In this document: positions 59,901 to 64,000 of the stretch, piece by piece
Numbering within the stretch: the stretch's first letter is position 1
Layout of the letters: every line of letters starts with the position of its first letter
NCBI GenBank assembly: GCA_030698395.1
Contig: JAUYKW010000027.1
Coordinates: forward strand, 3,174-67,173
Length of the DNA: 64,000 bases
Reading direction: 5' to 3'
Origin: a bacterium
GTDB lineage: Bacteria; Patescibacteriota; Patescibacteriia; UBA9570
Translations under genes and position numbers: made by a program
The notes under the pieces: model-generated
The model's database searches: none
Told to the model about the DNA's origin: nothing
Seen by the model: the letters and a program-made list of their open reading frames with translations, nothing else

Positions 59901-60788
59901 ACCGGTCCAACTGGTTCCATTCCACTTCAGAATGGCACCATTATCTCCAACAGCGTAGCCTAAAGAGGTAGATAAAAAATCCAATCCATTCATAGATTCC
60001 TGAGTTATAACATCGCCAGTTGGAGCAAATACACCCCAGTCAACAGATTGACTAATGGTTATGCTTGCATCGGCTCCAATACCATTTATCTGCGTGTCCG
60101 TTAGTGTTCCAGCGCCAAAGTCTGTATCAGATGTATGTGTAGCATTACTGCCACCACCAGGTATCCATTGATCAAGATTTCCTGACGAAACACCAGTTAA
60201 ACTAATTTGTCCAGCCCTTGTGAAGTCTATATTGCCATCACCTGAATCATACATAGTTGCATCAGACCAGATGGATTGTCCAGAACCGCCAGACCAATCC
60301 GTCTGTGTCCATTCATCTGCATCCCAATTAGTTATATAGCCAATATACTCTTCACTACTTGTTTGGCCTACTGTATTTTCCCATGAAACTGTTACCATAA
60401 TTTGCTTGCTATGAATATCCAAAGTATCACCACCTACACCGCAAGTTACAATATCAAAACTTACATTTCTACATACATCAGCAAAAGAAATTGTTCTCGT
60501 AAAATTACCGATAATTTCACTTGTACCTTCACCATCAAATACCCATTCACTCCCAGAAACAGAAACCGAAGATTGATCATATTCTACGCGATTCCAAGAA
60601 TCATCATGAATCGCGCGCACGGCCTCATAGCCTTCTCTTGCTAAAGCAGTTGCTTCTGCTCTCTGCTGTCCACCGATAGTTCCAGCAAAGCTACCTAGAA
60701 TTGTAGAAACCAAAGCGCCAGCTATAAATGCAAAAATTGCTAGAGCTAATAAAATTTCTACAACTGATTGTCCGGAACGATTTTTCAT
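56919..60788 (-). CDS. giant pilin-like protein: prepilin N-terminus plus about 20 beta-propeller blades plus two paralogous ~90-aa modules
   Basis: 1289 aa. N-terminus MKNRSG|QSVVEILLALAIFAFIAGALV is a class III signal with E+5. From about aa 250 there are ~39-aa repeats of the form WAVGxxGxIIxWNGxxWxxVTSPTxxxLNGV (two runs of 14 and 6 blades). Each run is followed by a related module ending ...LEELTVNYN or ...LEDVIINYR. Confidence 0.7.
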   Translation of the reverse strand: MKNRSGQSVVEILLALAIFAFIAGALVSTILGSFAGTIGGQQRAEATALAREGYEAVRAIHDDSWNRVEYDQSSVSVSGSEWVFDGEGTSEIIGNFTRTISFADVCRNVSFDIVTCGVGGDTLDIHSKQIMVTVSWENTVGQTSSEEYIGYITNWDADEWTQTDWSGGSGQSIWSDATMYDSGDGNIDFTRAGQISLTGVSSGNLDQWIPGGGSNATHTSDTDFGAGTLTDTQINGIGADASITISQSVDWGVFAPTGDVITQESMNGLDFLSTSLGYAVGDNGAILKWNGTSWTGVSSGVSTELLSIDIVSANNIWAIGVSGVIIHWNGVTWSTVTSGTTSDLNAIKMISASDGWIVGDGGTILKWNGAIWTSFSSPTSRNLFGVDFVSASDGWAVGWQGEILQWNGTSWSSFSSPTTKQLNGIDCYDTSNCWSAGAGGEIIYYNGSTWFTQSSPTTRILYGVSMLSASSGYISGGTTGTGKILEWNGTTWNDVTPAVAIDTLKDIEALSAIDVHSVGGKNKQPLLVRYNSSVWSDLTSSLGNEDVNSLDMIDASDGWAVANRGTIYEYNGVDWLGVISPTTSNLQGVNCADTANCWAVGQSGTIIYYNGSTWATQTSPTGSLLSSVSMVSSSDGWAVGAGGVIIQWNGSAWATVTSPTGSALNGVHCVSTSDCWAVGAGGVIIQWNGSAWATVTSPTGSALNGVHCSVSNNCWAVGADGVIIQWNGSAWATVTSPTGSALYDIFILNASDAWAVGAGGALLQWNGSAWATVTSPTAKNMYTVNMVASTNVWAAGAQSTFIQYSNLYFLTGTFESSIIDSGSAGATWDWISWVEDTTNPATNLSIDSRTGEVAVPDASWSAYSGAYSNPSGEPIISPNGRYLQYFVTFTTTDANFTSVLEELTVNYNNPTTQNLNAVDMISSTVGYAGGNVGTLFSFDGVAWTSDTSPTSNNIYDLTFIDVNNGWAVGALGTIVQYSTGTWSTVTSPTGNGLNGVEAVNSSVAYVVGDAGTIATWNGTSWSTATSPTGNILNDVDCISSSDCWAVGAAGTIVQWNGSAWSTVTSPTGNNLNAVYMVSSSDAWAMGDGGVIIYWNGISWVSRISQTTNNLNGIDMIATNDGWAVGDAGTLMVYNGIDWALFTSPTTTNLNDISRGDSTEGWTVGDAGLFMKFTRTSTGTYTTSGTLTSSAFDMTDTSPLQVIEWSEVLPACSPSCTIQFQLRTAPDVTGAPGTWTSWFGATGAGTYFTDQNGMLPPTALNGNQWVQYRAEFTGDGISTPILEDVIINYR
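58439..58906. repeat. 117-nt (39-codon) tandem repeats inside the giant pilin gene; the two central copies are near-identical
   Basis: 58673-58789 and 58790-58906 share an identical stretch of about 91 nt (ccccattgagggcgctaccagttggagaagttacagtagcccaggcagatccattccattggataattactccacccgcgccaaccgccca). Copies at about 58556 and 58439 are roughly 80 to 85% identical. They encode ...WAVGAGGVIIQWNGSAWATVTSPTGSALNGVHC... blades. Confidence 0.7.
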
Positions 60789-60789
60789 A

Positions 60790-61242
60790 TTAATAAACTG
60801 CTCCCAAGCTTGTTACTGTTATATAAACTGATTGTACATCTGATGTTATCGTTACAGTTCCTGGATTATCCGGTAAAGCAGATCCTGCAGTAAAATTTAC
60901 TCCTGATAACCCAGAGATTTCAATGTTACCTTTCATTTGAGTTGTTATGTCATATGCTGTATCTCTAGTTGCATAACTAGTCCCCTGGTATAAAGTAAAG
61001 TTTGTTAAAGTAAAATTTACCCCATGTGCCGTACTGTTCTTTTTTCCTTTTGCCCGTTGATGCGCAACGCGAAGTGATTGCACAATTTCTTGTCTGGTTT
61101 GTTCTACTTGAGCTGTGTCCTGACTAGATCCATACAATCCCCCAATTCCAAATATCATTATACTTAAAATAGCAATCACAATTAATAACTCTACGAGTGT
61201 AAAGCCACGTTTATTGCTGTGTAATATTGCCAGTAATTTCAT
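60790..61242 (-). CDS. minor pilin/pseudopilin (GspH/PilV-like)
   Basis: 150 aa. ...SNKRG|FTLVELLIVIAILSIMIF class III signal. 32-nt overlap with the pilC 3' end. Confidence 0.7.
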   Translation of the reverse strand: MKLLAILHSNKRGFTLVELLIVIAILSIMIFGIGGLYGSSQDTAQVEQTRQEIVQSLRVAHQRAKGKKNSTAHGVNFTLTNFTLYQGTSYATRDTAYDITTQMKGNIEISGLSGVNFTAGSALPDNPGTVTITSDVQSVYITVTSLGAVY

Positions 61243-62323
61243 AAATTGGAGTAATGATAGATATTGCCAATGCGGCCACTACTAATCCTATAAAAATTAG
61301 CATAACAGGTTCGAGTGCTGTTGATAAAGATTTTGTAGTATTATCCAATTCATCATCAAAAAAGTCTGCAAGATAATTGAGATTTTCTTCTATCCTACCG
61401 GATTTCTCTCCTACACTCACTAATCTACTAACAATTTTTGGAAAAATATCCTCATGAAATGCTATATGTTCTGAGACCGATGCACCTCGTTTTACATGTT
61501 TTGTAATGTCTGTAATTGCTTGCTTAAAATAATAATTACTTACAGTATTATGAGTAATCTTTAAAGCATTATCAATTGTTAAACCACTTTTTAATAACAA
61601 ACTTAATGTTCTACAAAATTGAATAAGATTTGTATATTTCACAACTCCCTTAACGATGGGTATCCGTAGCACTATCCAATGAACAACTGGTTGGGAAAAT
61701 TTTTGCCTAATTACCCAAGCCAAAAAACTTCCACCAACTACAACAACTAGAAAAACTTCAATTCCATATTGATCAAAAAAGTTTGATAACCATAAAAGAA
61801 TTCTCGTACTTAAAGGTAACTCTATGCGCAATCCAGAAAAGAAACCGCTTAATTGAGGTAAAACAAAAAGTGCGAAAGAAAATCCTAATATTCCGGCAGC
61901 CCCTAAAACGGTTATTGGATAGATTAAAGCTCCCTTTATTTTATCTCTTAACTCCTTATCTTTTTTTAACTGACTAGCAATATAGGTAAAATTTTGTTCT
62001 AGTGTTCCAGACTCTTCGCCAATTTTAACCATATTTACATATAGTTCTGAAAATACTTTTGGAAATTTTGCTAAAGCATCTGATAATTTCTGTCCAGTTT
62101 CTATTGTTTTCAAAACTTTTATTAGGACTCGACGCATTTTTCCTGAAGATTGATCTACAGTAATTCTAATAGTTTCAACAATCGGAATACCAGAAGCAAG
62201 CATTATTGCACAATATTTTGCAAACAACATCTTTTGCTCTATATTGATTTTACCAATAGTTACTTCATTTTGAAATAAATTTTTTTCAACTAGCGTATCT
62301 TGTTTATTTTTTTTTATAGCCAT
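61211..62323 (-). CDS. pilC: type IV pilus/T2SS platform protein PilC (GspF family)
   Basis: 370 aa. Duplicated GspF cytoplasmic domains and 3 TM segments. Confidence 0.85.
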   Translation of the reverse strand: MAIKKNKQDTLVEKNLFQNEVTIGKINIEQKMLFAKYCAIMLASGIPIVETIRITVDQSSGKMRRVLIKVLKTIETGQKLSDALAKFPKVFSELYVNMVKIGEESGTLEQNFTYIASQLKKDKELRDKIKGALIYPITVLGAAGILGFSFALFVLPQLSGFFSGLRIELPLSTRILLWLSNFFDQYGIEVFLVVVVGGSFLAWVIRQKFSQPVVHWIVLRIPIVKGVVKYTNLIQFCRTLSLLLKSGLTIDNALKITHNTVSNYYFKQAITDITKHVKRGASVSEHIAFHEDIFPKIVSRLVSVGEKSGRIEENLNYLADFFDDELDNTTKSLSTALEPVMLIFIGLVVAALAISIITPIYEITGNITQQ

Positions 62324-62324
62324 A

Positions 62325-63971
62325 TTATTGGGTTACGCGTAATACTTCTTTTAATGTTGTAGATCCATTTAAAGCTTTTTGCACGCCGTCATCCAACATT
62401 GTGCTCATACCATTACGACGAGCTGCATTCATTATTTTTGATGAGTCTGCTCTCTCCACTACCAAACTTCTTATCTCATCAGTCATTTCTAAAATTTCAA
62501 ATACGCCGACTCTACCCCGATAGCCAGTATTCACACAATTATTACACCCAGCTCCATAAAATGCAGACATAGTTGCTGGATCTTCAATTCCTGCTTTCTT
62601 TAAAGTTTCTAATAACTTAGGTTGATGATTAATGAAGTCAATCGTCTCTTGTAATGGTGGTCCTGAACGAATACAAGAAGAACAAATCTTCCGCAATAAA
62701 CGTTGTGCAATAATGATCCGCACTGTTGAAGCAACTAAAAATGGCTCTACTCCCATATCTATCAATCTTGGTATGGCAGTTGCTGCATCATTTGTATGTA
62801 ATGTAGAGAGTACGAGGTGTCCAGTTAAAGCCGAATTAACAGCAATGCCAGCTGTCTCCTCATCTCTTATTTCACCAACCATCATGATGTCTGGATCTTG
62901 TCGTAAAAGAGATCTTAACCCATCAGCGAAAGTAAGATTTGTTTTTGTGTTGACTTGCACTTGGGTTACACCTTCAATATCATATTCAACTGGATCTTCA
63001 ACTGTTGAAATGTTAACTTCCCGCCGATTTAAAATTTTTAAAATTGCATATAATGATGTAGTTTTTCCACATCCTGTTGGTCCGGTAGATAAAATCATGC
63101 CATGTGGATTTGCAATTGCATCTCGTACGATCTCCATATGTTCCTCACCCATGCCTAAATTTTCCAATGTATATGATCTAGCAACATCACTTAAAATACG
63201 CATAACAGTTTTTTCACCGGATGTGCTAGGCAAGATTGAAACTCTAATATCTATCGTTGTATCACCGTCAACTTCAAATTGTAATTTACCATCTTGAGCA
63301 GATCTATGCTCATCGGTTCTTAATTTTGCTAATATTTTTATCCTAGTGGTCAACAGCTCTAATACATTCTTATTCATGCGGACAATATCATGTAAAATAC
63401 CATCAACTCTTAATCTAATAACTACTTCATCATCAAATGGTTCTACGTGAATATCAGATGCTTTATTATGATAAGCATATGAAATAATTTCATCTACGAT
63501 CTCTACAATCAGATCTTCATTTTCCAGTAACGCATCGGGATTTGCTAAAACGCTTTTGATGCTTTCTCCAATACTACTTTCATAAGATCCGGTAGCCATC
63601 TCAATATCCACTTTGGAAGCGAAGAACAAATCCGCATGTAAACCAGTTTTCTTTTCTACCATACGAACAATCTCCATATCGGTAGGGTCGGCCATAGCAA
63701 TTTTTATACTAGCATCTGTCATTTCATAAGCAATTACCTGTCGTTTTTTTGCTACAAATTCCGGTATTACAGACAATGCCTCTTTAGAAATAGTATGCTG
63801 TGATAAGTTAACAAATCTATAACCATAAAATTCAGCAATTAACTTACCTAACTGTGCATCTGTCAGCCACCCTTTGTTAGTTATGAATTCCCCAATATCT
63901 AAGTCTGAATTTTTTTGAACAGCTAAAGTTATCTCCGCGTACTGTACATCTGTAATGAATCCAGGCTCAAC
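62325..63971 (-). CDS. pilB: type IV pilus assembly ATPase PilB (GspE family)
   Basis: Walker A GPTGCGKTT, Asp box, His box, and a CxxC...CxxC tetracysteine (CSSC...CNNC). The track ORF starts at an internal TTG (63776). The same frame is open up to the TAG at 63972-63974, and the extra 65 aa (LSLEFITDVQYAEITLAVQKNSDLDIGEFITNKGWLTDAQLGKLIAEFYGYRFVNLSQ...) are a typical GspE N-terminal domain. Start is probably the TTG at 63969-63971, giving about 549 aa. Confidence 0.8.
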   Translation of the reverse strand, partial: VEPGFITDVQYAEITLAVQKNSDLDIGEFITNKGWLTDAQLGKLIAEFYGYRFVNLSQHTISKEALSVIPEFVAKKRQVIAYEMTDASIKIAMADPTDMEIVRMVEKKTGLHADLFFASKVDIEMATGSYESSIGESIKSVLANPDALLENEDLIVEIVDEIISYAYHNKASDIHVEPFDDEVVIRLRVDGILHDIVRMNKNVLELLTTRIKILAKLRTDEHRSAQDGKLQFEVDGDTTIDIRVSILPSTSGEKTVMRILSDVARSYTLENLGMGEEHMEIVRDAIANPHGMILSTGPTGCGKTTSLYAILKILNRREVNISTVEDPVEYDIEGVTQVQVNTKTNLTFADGLRSLLRQDPDIMMVGEIRDEETAGIAVNSALTGHLVLSTLHTNDAATAIPRLIDMGVEPFLVASTVRIIIAQRLLRKICSSCIRSGPPLQETIDFINHQPKLLETLKKAGIEDPATMSAFYGAGCNNCVNTGYRGRVGVFEILEMTDEIRSLVVERADSSKIMNAARRNGMSTMLDDGVQKALNGSTTLKEVLRVTQ

Positions 63972-64000
63972 TAATATATTTTTCCATTGATCAATGGTAA

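Noticed and set aside
56919-60788. Regular ~117-nt periodicity that could be mistaken for a CRISPR-like or satellite repeat array
   Set aside because: The repeats are in-frame protein-coding blades of one long ORF, with diverged unit sequences and no short conserved direct repeats alternating with unique spacers. There are no cas genes.
62632-63297. 221-aa plus-strand ORF
   Set aside because: Lies entirely antisense within pilB. It has no motif and a low-complexity Ser/Cys/Pro-rich composition typical of a shadow ORF opposite a strongly coding frame.

Overview
This is a low-GC (~33%), densely coding window. Nearly all genes lie on the minus strand; only ddl-alr-ddpX (1-2216), pdxS-pdxT (33675-35154) and an orphan histidine kinase (37191-38861) are on the plus strand. 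Genes are short and reduced (alaS lacks the C-Ala domain, rpoA lacks the alpha-CTD, proS lacks the INS editing domain) and ribosome-binding sites are weak. That points to a small-genome Patescibacteria/CPR-like organism; this is inference from the sequence, not a database hit. From high to low coordinates the content is: (i) a type IV pilus-like locus (pilB, pilC, four pilin-like genes, a PilM with a C-terminal TM tail, and a 1289-aa protein with a prepilin N-terminus fused to about 20 beta-propeller blades, containing near-identical 117-nt tandem repeats). (ii) An acpS / acyl-AMP ligase / ACP::PlsC-acyltransferase module. (iii) Housekeeping genes (RND transporter, NUDIX, rlmD-like, pfpI, aminotransferase, nadK, rdgB, beta-CASP nuclease). 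(iv) ribE followed by a riboflavin-kinase ORF with no ATG/GTG/TTG start, positioned in the -1 frame behind a lysine-rich membrane protein across an A7 slippery run. (v) pdxST, a dacA-like carboxypeptidase, mnmA and alaS. (vi) The tail of the ribosomal-protein operon (infA, rpmJ, rpsM, rpsK, rpsD, rpoA, rplQ, then rplM and rpsI), preceded by a perfect TTGACA-17-TATAAT promoter. (vii) A Wzx/Wzy-type surface-glycan locus (5 glycosyltransferases, flippase, polymerase, a 708-aa basic-tailed membrane protein) with a second mreB paralog at its downstream end. (viii) holB, frr, rseP, proS, the mreBCD-pbp2 rod-shape cluster, greA, a LysRS with a C-terminal YqeK-like HD domain, serS, and ddl-alr plus a VanX-type D-Ala-D-Ala dipeptidase. 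No tRNA, rRNA, CRISPR array or transposase/integrase gene was recognised.
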